This document shows positions 30,014 to 39,090 of a stretch of 60,581 nt of DNA, piece by piece. The translations under genes and the position numbers were made by a program. Below the pieces are notes generated by a model. The model worked only from the letters and a program-made list of their open reading frames with translations, searched no databases and was not told where the DNA came from. The stretch spans positions 1 through 60,581 of the forward strand of contig CALIQN010000110.1 in assembly GCA_938044045.1 (NCBI GenBank), in the 5' to 3' direction. Origin of the DNA: an uncultured Peptococcaceae bacterium. Its GTDB lineage: Bacteria > Bacillota > Peptococcia > Peptococcales > Peptococcaceae. Every line of letters starts with the position of its first letter. The stretch's first letter is position 1.

Positions 30014-31582
30014 ATGTCAAATCAAATGTTTTGTAACCAATGTGAACAAACGGCTGGCGGTACAGGTTGCACCACGATGGGGGTCTGTGGTAAAAATCCT
30101 GCTGTGGCTGCACTTCAAGATGAACTCATCTGCCAAGCCATTCGCCTTGCTGAAGCCGGCGAAAAACACTATGACAAAGAGGCAGCAAAGCTTTTAATCG
30201 AAGTCCTTTTTGTCACCATTACCAATGTCAACTTTGATGAAGCAGATATCAAAAACTGGGTGAGCAAGGTACGTGCCAAAGTCGATAGCCTCGATAGCAC
30301 AGTGGCAGAAATCCCAAATGACAAACTTTTTGCTGGCGAAAAAGACATCGTTTCTTTGCGTCAAACCTTGCTTTATGGGCTAAAAGGGACAGCAGCTTAT
30401 GCCCATCATGCCCTAGTACAAGGCTATGAAGATGAAGCCATCTATAAAGAATTTAATCGCCTTGTGGCAAGCCTTTTAAGAGATCATGAGGTCGAAACTT
30501 GGCTCGCTAACCTTATGGCTTGTGGTACCCTAAACTTAAACACCATGGCACTTTTAGATAAGGCCAATACCACAACCTTTGGTAAACCTTTCCCAAATCA
30601 AGTCACCACCCATGTGGAAAAAGGGCCTTTCATCATTATCACAGGCCATGACCTTTATGACCTTAAAATGCTCCTTGAACAAACCGAGGGCAAGGGCGTC
30701 AATGTTTATACCCATGGTGAAATGCTTCCAGCACATGGTTATCCAGAGCTTAGAAAATATACCCACCTCAAAGGTAACTTTGGGACAGCATGGAACAATC
30801 AAAGAAAAGAATTTGATGGTGTGCCAGCACCTATCCTTTATACCACAAACTGCATTATGCCACCTAAAGAAAGCTATCGTGAAGGGATTTATACCACTTC
30901 TGTTGTCGCTTATCCAAATACCCATCACATCAGTGCTGATGAAAATGGACACAAGGATTTTACTGACCTAATCAACGCTGCCATTGAGCTCGGTGGTTAC
31001 ACAGAAGATAAGGTCTTTGGCGGTACCAATGGTGGAGAAGTTATGCCAACAGGCTTTGGTCATGGCGCTGTCTTAGAACACGCTGGTGAAGTCATCGAGG
31101 CAGTTAAAAATGGTCAAATCAGCCATTTCTTCCTTGTTGGTGGTTGCGATGGGGCAAAACCTGGTAGAAGCTACTACACTGACCTTGTCCGTCAAGCACC
31201 GAAAGATAGTGTGATTTTGACCCTCGCTTGTGGTAAATTCCGTTTCAATGACTTAGACCTTGGCACTGTTGCAGGACTACCAAGACTCATGGATATGGGA
31301 CAATGTAACGATGCTTATGGCGCAGTTCAAGTTGCTCTTGCCCTTGCAGGTGCCTTTGAATGTGGGGTCAATGATTTGCCACTTACCCTAGTCCTTTCTT
31401 GGTATGAACAAAAGGCAGTTTGCGTCCTTTTAACACTTCTCTCCCTCGGCATTAAAAATATTTACGTTGGACCAAGCTTGCCAGCCTTCTTCTCTGATAC
31501 CGTTTTATCAACCTTGGTGGAACTCTTTGACCTCCATCCAATCACAACAGCAGAGGAAGATTTAAAAACCATCTTGGCATAG
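30014..31582 (+). CDS. hcp: hybrid cluster protein / hydroxylamine reductase
   Basis: N-terminal CNQCEQTAGGTGCTTMGVCGK cluster motif. Full length. Start at ATG 30014 after GAGGAGGA. Confidence 0.96.
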   Translation: MSNQMFCNQCEQTAGGTGCTTMGVCGKNPAVAALQDELICQAIRLAEAGEKHYDKEAAKLLIEVLFVTITNVNFDEADIKNWVSKVRAKVDSLDSTVAEIPNDKLFAGEKDIVSLRQTLLYGLKGTAAYAHHALVQGYEDEAIYKEFNRLVASLLRDHEVETWLANLMACGTLNLNTMALLDKANTTTFGKPFPNQVTTHVEKGPFIIITGHDLYDLKMLLEQTEGKGVNVYTHGEMLPAHGYPELRKYTHLKGNFGTAWNNQRKEFDGVPAPILYTTNCIMPPKESYREGIYTTSVVAYPNTHHISADENGHKDFTDLINAAIELGGYTEDKVFGGTNGGEVMPTGFGHGAVLEHAGEVIEAVKNGQISHFFLVGGCDGAKPGRSYYTDLVRQAPKDSVILTLACGKFRFNDLDLGTVAGLPRLMDMGQCNDAYGAVQVALALAGAFECGVNDLPLTLVLSWYEQKAVCVLLTLLSLGIKNIYVGPSLPAFFSDTVLSTLVELFDLHPITTAEEDLKTILA

Positions 31583-31585
31583 GAC

Positions 31586-31622
31586 AAAAAAATAAGCTAG
31601 GCTAAGCCTAGCTTATTTTTTT
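31586..31622. terminator. bidirectional intrinsic terminator
   Basis: ATAAGCTAGG / CCTAGCTTAT stem flanked by A- and T-runs. Overlaps the 3' end of the convergent gene. Confidence 0.8.
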
Positions 31623-32060
31623 ATAGTGGTAGCGATAATTTTTTAGGTAGAGGATGGTACAAGCGAGCCAAAGCAAGGTGCCGAAGCGTATGCTCTTAAA
31701 GTAGCTAGCATAGTGCTCAAATAAAACGGGTACCCACAACACCAGCACATTGAAAAGACAGAGGAGGGCACAAACTACAGAGAAAACCATCAGATAGCTC
31801 TTGGTAGCAGGGTTTTCCCTCAAAAAACTGTGGTAAGACCATGCCACCAGACAGACCAAAAGGGCAAGAGCGACAAAATAAAAGGTTTCTAGCGCCCTGG
31901 CATAATCATGTGCCCAGAAAAAACCTTGGTTTTCCAGTGCCACGGTTTTGATTTGAAAAACGATAGGGAAAGCAAAAGCCAACACAAAACTAAAGAGAAA
32001 AAGGGTGAATTTTTTGAGGGTTTGGTTTTCCCTTGGAGCGATTTGAGAAAGTTCAGACAT
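31608..32060 (-). CDS. 4-TM membrane protein, paralog 1 of a tandem family
   Basis: 150 aa. KKFTLFLFSFVLAF ... LWLACTILYLKNY signature shared with the next two genes. Confidence 0.7.
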   Translation of the reverse strand: MSELSQIAPRENQTLKKFTLFLFSFVLAFAFPIVFQIKTVALENQGFFWAHDYARALETFYFVALALLVCLVAWSYHSFLRENPATKSYLMVFSVVCALLCLFNVLVLWVPVLFEHYASYFKSIRFGTLLWLACTILYLKNYRYHYKKIS

Positions 32061-32082
32061 GATAAAGACCTCCTTATGGTTT

Positions 32083-32223
32083 TTAAGATAGTGATTTCCC
32101 TTTGAAAAATGACAGGGATAAAAAAGTCAGCAAAGCACTTAACGAGAGGCTGAGTAGAAATCTTAGTAAAAAGCCCCTCAAGTCTCGAGTATTAAAATGT
32201 GTTATTTGCTTGCCTTGGGACAT
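32083..32223 (-). CDS. 46-aa ORF resembling the N-terminal third of the paralog family (possible remnant)
   Basis: AAGGAGG RBS 7 nt before the ATG. MSQGKQITHFNTRDLRGFLLRFLLSLSLSALLTF. Below the ORF-track length cutoff. Confidence 0.35.
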   Translation of the reverse strand: MSQGKQITHFNTRDLRGFLLRFLLSLSLSALLTFLSLSFFKGKSLS

Positions 32224-32272
32224 TATCATGCCTCCTTAATTGCTCAGTTCATAATCAAGAGACAAAAGTCAT

Positions 32273-32749
32273 TTACTTTTTGTGTTGGGCAAGATAGTTT
32301 TTGACATAAAGAACTGTACAAGCCAGCCAGAGAAAGCTACTAAAACGCAGGGTTTTGAAAATATCAAGATAAAAATAATCCCTGAAAATATTAGGATAAG
32401 CATCTCTATCAAGTAAAAAAGATAGGCTTAGCATGAGGATTTCAACGAGATAGAGGACTAGGCAAATGCTAGTAAAAACCATCAGGTAACTTTTGGTCGT
32501 CTCTCCTGCAAGCAAAAATTCACGATAAGTCAAGATGACGAGTGCAAGCAAGAGACTAAGGATGAAAAAATAAAGGAGTGACACGATTTCGGCGACCTTA
32601 CCTTCTTCAAAGATAATCCCTAAATCACACAACTTTTTTGTCTCTATGTGGTAAATGATTGTGACCAAAAAAACTAAGCAAAAACTAAAAAGAAAAAGGA
32701 TAAATTTTTTCGCTCTTGAGTCTCTGCTTTCGCTTGAGTGGGACATCAT
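32273..32749 (-). CDS. 4-TM membrane protein, paralog 2
   Basis: 158 aa. KKFILFLFSFCLVF ... LTYREFLLAGET ... LWLACTVLYVKNYLAQHKK. Confidence 0.72.
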   Translation of the reverse strand: MMSHSSESRDSRAKKFILFLFSFCLVFLVTIIYHIETKKLCDLGIIFEEGKVAEIVSLLYFFILSLLLALVILTYREFLLAGETTKSYLMVFTSICLVLYLVEILMLSLSFLLDRDAYPNIFRDYFYLDIFKTLRFSSFLWLACTVLYVKNYLAQHKK

Positions 32750-32783
32750 CAGACCTCCTTATAGATGATTGAACTGTGAGTAG

Positions 32784-33236
32784 TTACTTTTTGTGCTGGA
32801 CAAGATAGTTTTTGACATAGAGGATGGTACAAACGAACCAGAGAAAACTATTAAAACGTAGGGTTCTAAAAAGACCAATATTATCATAGCCACCGATTAA
32901 AAAGGATAGGGTTAAGTTGAGAATTTCAACGAGGTAGAGGACGAGACAAACACTAATAAAAATTATCAGGTAGTTTTTACTAGTCTCTCCTGCGAGCAAA
33001 AATTCACGATAGGTCAAGATGACGAGTACAAGCAAGAGGCTAAGGATGAAAAAATAGATGAGCTCTATTTTTTGGTCATTGGTACCCTCTTCAAAGAAAA
33101 ACTGGAGGTCACGCAATCGTTTTGTCTCTGTGCGGTAAATGATGGGTACTAAAAAAGTTAATACAAAACTAAAAAGAAAAATAACAAATTTTTTCAGTCT
33201 CAAGTTTTTATTTTTGTTTGACTGGGACATCATCAT
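32784..33236 (-). CDS. 4-TM membrane protein, paralog 3
   Basis: KKFVIFLFSFVLTF ... LTYREFLLAGET ... LWFVCTILYVKNYLVQHKK. Start at one of three consecutive ATGs after GGAGG. Confidence 0.72.
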   Translation of the reverse strand: MMMSQSNKNKNLRLKKFVIFLFSFVLTFLVPIIYRTETKRLRDLQFFFEEGTNDQKIELIYFFILSLLLVLVILTYREFLLAGETSKNYLIIFISVCLVLYLVEILNLTLSFLIGGYDNIGLFRTLRFNSFLWFVCTILYVKNYLVQHKK

Positions 33237-33500
33237 ACCTCCTTTTTTGAAAAATGGGGGAAGATAAGCTAACTTTAAAATAATATTATCATAGGCTAAA
33301 AATGAAGACAAGGGGCGAAATCAGCACTATTTAGACTAAATTTTCTCAAAGGTAATAGAAAAGTAAGGAAACTAGATAAGTCAGAAAATAAAAATATTTT
33401 AAAACCGTACTAATAAATACCATTGATAAATACAATTAATGAATAAGCCCTTTACAAATGGCTATTATTAACATATAATGGCTCAAACTTCAGTTGAAGT

Positions 33501-33600
33501 TCATTTATCAAGAGTGGTGGAGGGACTGGCCCAGTGAAGCCCGGCAACAGCCTATTATGGAAATGTGCCAAATCCAGCAGACAATGTCTGAGAGATAAGT
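33501..33600 (+). promoter_or_regulatory. SAM-I (S-box) riboswitch aptamer
   Basis: TTATCAAGAGTGGTGGAGGGACTGGCCCAGTGAAGCCCGGCAAC ... GTGCCAAATCCAGCAG ... GAGAGATAAG matches the S-box core. Confidence 0.93.
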
Positions 33601-33618
33601 GTAAAAATAGCATTTTTT

Positions 33619-33652
33619 GGGCTATCTCTCTATAGAGATAGCCCTTTTTTAT
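33619..33652 (+). terminator. S-box expression-platform terminator
   Basis: GGGCTATCTCT / AGAGATAGCCC stem followed by T6. Its 5' arm TATCTCTC can instead pair with the P1 3' strand GAGAGATA (33590..33597). Confidence 0.9.
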
Positions 33653-33673
33653 TTACTAAGAGGAGGCGTCATA

Positions 33674-34969
33674 ATGACCAACGAAGAATTAAACGTTTTA
33701 CAAACTGAAAGCAAATGTGTTCAGGCAGGTTATCAACCAAAGGCTCACGAACCACGCATTATGCCAATTGTCCAATCTACAACCTACAGATACGACGATG
33801 CAGATGAATTGGCAAAGGTCTTTGACCTCTCTGCTCTTGAATATGTTCAAAGCATGTACTCTCGTCTAGGTAACCCTACAGTGGCTTATCTAGAAGAAAA
33901 ACTCGCTTGCCTTGAAGGCGGAATTGGTGCGATGATGACCTCTTCTGGTCAAGCTGCTGTTTTGGTCACCTTTTTAAACCTAGCAAAAACAGGAGATCAC
34001 TTTATCGCCCTAAGTAACCTTTATGGTGGGGTACACACCTTACTTGGTAGCCAAATCAAAAGGTTAGGCATTGAAGTGAGCTTTGTTTCTCCAGATGCTA
34101 GCCTAGAAGAAATGCAAGCCCTTGTAAGAGAAAACACCAAAGGGATTTATGCAGAAACCATTGGCAATCCGGATGTTGATGTCCTAGATTTTGAAAAAGT
34201 CTCTGCCCTAGCAAAATTTGCTGGTGTTCCACTTATCGTAGATAATACCTTTGGTACCCCTTACCTTTGCAATCCTATTGCCCATGGTGCAGATATTGTC
34301 TTGCACTCAACCACCAAGTATATTGATGGTCATGCGACCTCTGTTGGTGGGATTGTTATCGATGCAGGGACTTTTGACTGGACAAGTGAAAAATTCCCAC
34401 AATTTAGTGAGCCAGATCCAGACTACCATGGTCTCGTCTATAACAACTATGGCAAGGCAGCTTTTTTGGTACGTTTGCGTGCTAGCCTACTCCGTGATAT
34501 GGGGACAACCTTTAGCCCATTCAATGCCTTTTTGACCAATTTAGGACTAGAAACCTTGCACTTGCGTATGGCAAGACATAGTGAAAATGCCCTTGCAGTT
34601 GCAAAATTCTTAGAAAACCACGAAAAAATAGAATGGGTCAACTATCCAGGCCTTGAAAGCTCACCATCTTATGAAAGAACAAAAAAATACTTGCCAAAAG
34701 GTGCTAGCGGTGTTGTTTCTTTTGGAGTTAAAGGTGGTAAGGAAGCGGCGAAGAAGTTTACAGAAAACACCAAACTCGCTAACCTTGTTGTTCATGTTGG
34801 GGACATTCGTACCTGCTTACTCCAACCAGCGATGACTACCCACAGACAACTTTCTGATGAAGAATTGCTAAAAGCTGGTGTTCGTCCGGAAATGATTCGT
34901 TTCAATGTAGGGATTGAGCATATTGATGACATCATTAAGGATTTAAGCCAAGCTTTAGATAGCCTATAA
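33674..34969 (+). CDS. metY: O-acetylhomoserine sulfhydrylase (PLP-dependent)
   Basis: HSTTKYIDGH PLP-lysine motif. Start at ATG 33674 after GAGGAGG. Confidence 0.92.
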   Translation: MTNEELNVLQTESKCVQAGYQPKAHEPRIMPIVQSTTYRYDDADELAKVFDLSALEYVQSMYSRLGNPTVAYLEEKLACLEGGIGAMMTSSGQAAVLVTFLNLAKTGDHFIALSNLYGGVHTLLGSQIKRLGIEVSFVSPDASLEEMQALVRENTKGIYAETIGNPDVDVLDFEKVSALAKFAGVPLIVDNTFGTPYLCNPIAHGADIVLHSTTKYIDGHATSVGGIVIDAGTFDWTSEKFPQFSEPDPDYHGLVYNNYGKAAFLVRLRASLLRDMGTTFSPFNAFLTNLGLETLHLRMARHSENALAVAKFLENHEKIEWVNYPGLESSPSYERTKKYLPKGASGVVSFGVKGGKEAAKKFTENTKLANLVVHVGDIRTCLLQPAMTTHRQLSDEELLKAGVRPEMIRFNVGIEHIDDIIKDLSQALDSL

Positions 34970-34993
34970 GATTCAAAATAAAGGAGATTTGCG

Positions 34994-35929
34994 ATGCCTG
35001 TCATTATACCCAAAGACTTGCCCGCCAAAGCCATACTGGATAAAGAATACATCTTTTCGATGTCAGAGGAGAGGGCAAGAACGCAGGACATTCGCCCTTT
35101 GCGTCTTGCCTTAGTCAATCTGATGCCGACAAAGATTGTCACCGAAACCCAGTTTATGCGACTTTTGAGTAATACGCCCTTGCAAGTGGATATTGACTTG
35201 ATTGCCATGAGCACACATGAGAGCAAAAACACCTCCAAGGCACACTTGTATCGCTTTTATAAGACCTTTGAGGACATCAAGCACCAAAAGTATGATGGGA
35301 TGATTATCACTGGCGCACCGGTGGAAATGCTGGATTTTTCTGAGGTGAATTATTGGGAAGAGCTTGAGTCCATTATGGACTTTGCCAATACCAATGTGTA
35401 TTCTACCTTGTTTATCTGTTGGGCATCTCAGGCAGCCCTTTACTATTATTATGGCGTAGAAAAATATCCTCTCGAAGAAAAGATGTTTGGCATTTTCTCC
35501 CATCAGCTTTTACGTGTGCGTGATATTACCAAGGGTTTTGATGATGAGTTTTTTGCCCCTCATTCCAGACATACAGAAAACAGACCCCAGGATTTGGCAA
35601 AGTTACCTCAGCTAAAAATTCTTGCCCAATCTGATGAGGCTGGGGTTCTCCTTTCAGCTACCACTGACCAGAGACATTACTTTATCTCTGGTCATATGGA
35701 GTATGATGCGCTGACTTTAAAAGAAGAGTATGAAAGGGATTTAAAAAAAGCGCAAAGTGGTGTATCCTTACCTAAGGCGTACTTTCCTCATGACGATCCT
35801 AGTCTCGAACCAATTGTAAAGTGGCGTGCCCATGCAAACTTACTTTATTCTAATTGGCTCAACCACGTTGTCTATCAAAATACGCCTTATGACTTAGAAA
35901 AGTTACAACCACGAGAGGAGCTTATATGA
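34994..35929 (+). CDS. metA: homoserine O-acyltransferase (MetA family)
   Basis: LNLMP-like VNLMPTK, YDGMIITGAP, FICWASQAAL catalytic Cys region. Confidence 0.93.
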   Translation: MPVIIPKDLPAKAILDKEYIFSMSEERARTQDIRPLRLALVNLMPTKIVTETQFMRLLSNTPLQVDIDLIAMSTHESKNTSKAHLYRFYKTFEDIKHQKYDGMIITGAPVEMLDFSEVNYWEELESIMDFANTNVYSTLFICWASQAALYYYYGVEKYPLEEKMFGIFSHQLLRVRDITKGFDDEFFAPHSRHTENRPQDLAKLPQLKILAQSDEAGVLLSATTDQRHYFISGHMEYDALTLKEEYERDLKKAQSGVSLPKAYFPHDDPSLEPIVKWRAHANLLYSNWLNHVVYQNTPYDLEKLQPREELI

Positions 35930-36939
35930 GCGAGGCGATTATAAAAATAGAGTCACTGTACAAGCAGTTTTATCTCAAAGGGCAGAAGATAAGTGCTTTG
36001 GAGGACATTAATCTAGAGATTAATAGAGGCGAGGTCTTTGGTATTATTGGCATGAGTGGGGCAGGTAAGAGTACCTTGGTACGTTGCCTAAACTTCCTCG
36101 AGGTGCCAAGTGAAGGGCAGATTATTTTTAATGATAAGAGTCTTGGGCAACTGAGTCAGATGGGCTTGCGTCAAGTACGCCGTGAGATGGGCATGATTTT
36201 TCAACAGTTTAACCTCCTCATGCAAAGGACAGCCTTAGAAAATGTATGCTTTCCGTTGACGATTTCAGGGATGAAAAAGCAAGACGCCCAAAAGCGTGCT
36301 TTGGAGCTTTTAGAAATTGTAGGACTAAGCGATCGTGCCAATTCTTATCCATCTCAACTCTCAGGAGGACAAAAGCAAAGGGTAGCGATTGCTAGAGCTT
36401 TGGCAACAGAGCCTAAGGTACTTCTCTGTGATGAGGCGACAAGTGCCCTAGATCCAGAGACCACAAAGTCTGTCTTGAGACTTTTAAAAGAATTAAACGA
36501 AAAAATGGGCATTACCATTATTATCATTACCCATGAGATGAGTGTTATCGAGGAGATTTGCCAAAGGGTGGCAATCATAGCCGACCATAAAATTGCAGAA
36601 GTTGGCACTGTCCAAGAAATCTTTACTCATCCTAAGACAGAGGCGACTAAGCGCTTGGTCTATCAAGACACGGCTCAAGCACCAAGCTTTAACCCTAATC
36701 GTGGCAAACAGCTCCGTATTGTCTTCAATGGTGGCTCATCTTTTGAACCTGTACTCAGTCAGATGGTGCTAGATTTAAAGATACAGGTCAATATTATGTT
36801 TGCAGATACCAAAAATATTGATGGTCGTGCCTTTGGACAGCTTGTGATTCAATTACCTGATGAGGTATCAAGTGAGAAAGTCTTGAGTTATTTAAAGACA
36901 AAAAATGTCCAAGTCGAGGAGGTGACTCAACGTGTCTGA
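35926..36939 (+). CDS. metN: methionine ABC transporter ATP-binding protein
   Basis: Walker A GMSGAGKST, signature LSGGQKQR, C-terminal NIL domain. Confidence 0.93.
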   Translation: MSEAIIKIESLYKQFYLKGQKISALEDINLEINRGEVFGIIGMSGAGKSTLVRCLNFLEVPSEGQIIFNDKSLGQLSQMGLRQVRREMGMIFQQFNLLMQRTALENVCFPLTISGMKKQDAQKRALELLEIVGLSDRANSYPSQLSGGQKQRVAIARALATEPKVLLCDEATSALDPETTKSVLRLLKELNEKMGITIIIITHEMSVIEEICQRVAIIADHKIAEVGTVQEIFTHPKTEATKRLVYQDTAQAPSFNPNRGKQLRIVFNGGSSFEPVLSQMVLDLKIQVNIMFADTKNIDGRAFGQLVIQLPDEVSSEKVLSYLKTKNVQVEEVTQRV

Positions 36940-37591
36940 TATGGTAAATATGCTTTTTGAAGAATCGTTAAAGACACTGATGATGACCTTTATGACAACA
37001 TTTTTTGCCTATCTCTTTGGACTACCTTTAGGGGTCTTTTTGATCACTAGTGCCAAGGGCGGCTTAAGACCACATCCTATTTTAGGCAGTATTGTTGGCC
37101 TCATTATCAATTTATTGCGTTCGGTACCATTTTTGATTTTGATGATTTTGTTGGCGCCATTAAGCGACTTGCTTTTGCATGCGACCATCGGCCCTAAGGT
37201 GGCGATTTTTGCCCTTACCTTTTCGGCAGCACCTTTTGTGGCTAGGGTAGTGGAACAATCCCTTCTTGAGGTTGATAAAGGTGTCATCGAAGCCGCCCTT
37301 TCTATGGGTGCCAGCCCGAGGCAGATTGTCTGGAAGGTCTATCTCGTTGAAGCTTTTCCTTCCTTGGTCAATGGGATGCTCCTTTCTCTGACAACGATTC
37401 TTGCCTACACAGCTATGGCAGGTTTTATCGGTGCGGGAGGCCTAGGGGATGTGGCAATCCGTTTTGGTTACCATCGCTATGATTTTACGACGATGATTGT
37501 TGTGGTTATTGTCATTGTTATTTTAGTACAAATTATACAAATGCTTGGTGAACGTTATGTTCGCTATACAGATAAAAGAATAAAAGAATAA
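36932..37591 (+). CDS. metI: methionine ABC transporter permease
   Basis: 219 aa, 5 TM. EAALSMGASPRQI EAA loop. Confidence 0.92.
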   Translation: MSDMVNMLFEESLKTLMMTFMTTFFAYLFGLPLGVFLITSAKGGLRPHPILGSIVGLIINLLRSVPFLILMILLAPLSDLLLHATIGPKVAIFALTFSAAPFVARVVEQSLLEVDKGVIEAALSMGASPRQIVWKVYLVEAFPSLVNGMLLSLTTILAYTAMAGFIGAGGLGDVAIRFGYHRYDFTTMIVVVIVIVILVQIIQMLGERYVRYTDKRIKE

Positions 37592-37623
37592 ATAAAATAA
37601 ATAGAAGAAACGAGGTTAGACTC

Positions 37624-38472
37624 ATGATAAATACAAAAAAATTAACAGCTGGTGTTTTAGCCCTTGGACTTTTCGCGACAGTACTAACAGGTTGTGGTAG
37701 TAATGCCAATGATGCAGATGCTGCAAAGACAGAAACAGAAGCAAGCAAGGTCATTAAAATTGGTGCTAGCCCTAGCCCACACGAAGAAATCTTAAATGCA
37801 TTAAAAGATGAATTCACAGCAGAAGGTTATACCCTAGAAGTGGTACCATTTTCTGATTATGTTTTACCAAACAAGGCACTTGCCAATGGGGAATTAGATG
37901 CCAACTACTTCCAACACCTACCTTACCTTGAAGAATTCAACAAAGAAAACAAACTTGACCTTGTCAGTGCAGGCCCAGTACACTACGAACCAATGGCAAT
38001 CTTTAAAGGCAAGACCGAAACTTTGAGTGCGCTAAAAGATGGGGCAAAGATTGCTGTCCCAAATGATACCACCAACGAAGCAAGAGCCCTTCTCCTCCTT
38101 CAAGATAACGGCTTTATCAAGTTAGACGAAAAAGCTGGTCTCAATGCGACTAAAAAAGACATCGTGGACAATCCTAAAAACTTTGAAATCGTAGAACTTG
38201 AAGCAGCTCAAATTCCAAGATCTCTTGGTGATGTAGACATCGCTGTCATCAACGGTAACTATGCCATTTCTGCCGGTCTCAACCTCAGTGATGCCCTTGC
38301 CAAAGAAGAAGCAGATAGCTTAGCTGCAAAGACTTATGCTAATATTATCGCTGTTCGTGCAGAAGATAAGGATAGCGAAAAGACTAAGGCAATTATGAAA
38401 GTTCTCGTTAGCCCTAAAGCAGTAGAATTTATCGACAAAAACTATAAAGGCGCTGTTGTTGCCAGTAAATAA
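37624..38472 (+). CDS. metQ: methionine-binding lipoprotein (NlpA/MetQ family)
   Basis: Lipobox LTGCGS. Substrate-binding protein following metNI. Confidence 0.9.
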   Translation: MINTKKLTAGVLALGLFATVLTGCGSNANDADAAKTETEASKVIKIGASPSPHEEILNALKDEFTAEGYTLEVVPFSDYVLPNKALANGELDANYFQHLPYLEEFNKENKLDLVSAGPVHYEPMAIFKGKTETLSALKDGAKIAVPNDTTNEARALLLLQDNGFIKLDEKAGLNATKKDIVDNPKNFEIVELEAAQIPRSLGDVDIAVINGNYAISAGLNLSDALAKEEADSLAAKTYANIIAVRAEDKDSEKTKAIMKVLVSPKAVEFIDKNYKGAVVASK

Positions 38473-38479
38473 TTGAAGT

Positions 38480-38508
38480 AAAAAAACGCCCCTAAGGGGC
38501 GTTTTTTG
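38480..38508 (+). terminator. intrinsic terminator of the met operon
   Basis: AACGCCCCT / AGGGGCGTT stem followed by T6. Confidence 0.88.
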
Positions 38509-38549
38509 TTGTGGCGAGGTATTCTTTTAGAGAATAGGGCAGGCGTAGT

Positions 38550-38744
38550 TTAGTTTACATCTTTTTTATTAAAAAATAGACTAAAGAGCATTCCTAAGCT
38601 GATTCCCATTGGAATCCAAAAGGCGATATTGTGTGTCATGATACCTATAGCGCTTCCGAGGGATAGACCAGTGGAAAGCCCAATAGATAAACCAACATCA
38701 TTTTGCTTGTCGTATTCTTGTTTTTTATCCGTATGTTTTTTCAT
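38550..38744 (-). CDS. small glycine-zipper membrane protein, function unknown
   Basis: 64 aa. AAGGAG RBS. GLSIGLSTGLSLGSAIG. Confidence 0.55.
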   Translation of the reverse strand: MKKHTDKKQEYDKQNDVGLSIGLSTGLSLGSAIGIMTHNIAFWIPMGISLGMLFSLFFNKKDVN

Positions 38745-39090
38745 GGTAGTTCGCTCCTTATCAATGTTTCATTTTATTTTCCTAAAATAAGACGAAATGA
38801 TGGTATCCATCTATAATAAATTAAAATCTATCTGATTGTCCGTTGTAACCGCCTTTAGTACCTTTTAGTGCAATGCGATGTGATTATAGAAAGTGTCTAC
38901 GTATTTTTTGGAGAAGATGGATGATGACATCAACATGTTTACAAGAGGAAGCAAAACTTATTTTGACCTATCCCCATAAGGCTCAATTGAATCAAATAAG
39001 TTACTTAGCCATAGTAGCGACTTTTTTATGGAAGAGTTCCCAAGCAAATAAAGAAACATGATAAAAGTTTGGTAGGATATAGAAAATTTA

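Noticed and set aside
38873-39061. 62-aa plus-strand ORF in the gap between two minus-strand genes
   Set aside because: There is no convincing RBS for the long form and no recognisable motif. It may be a gene fragment, but the evidence is too thin.
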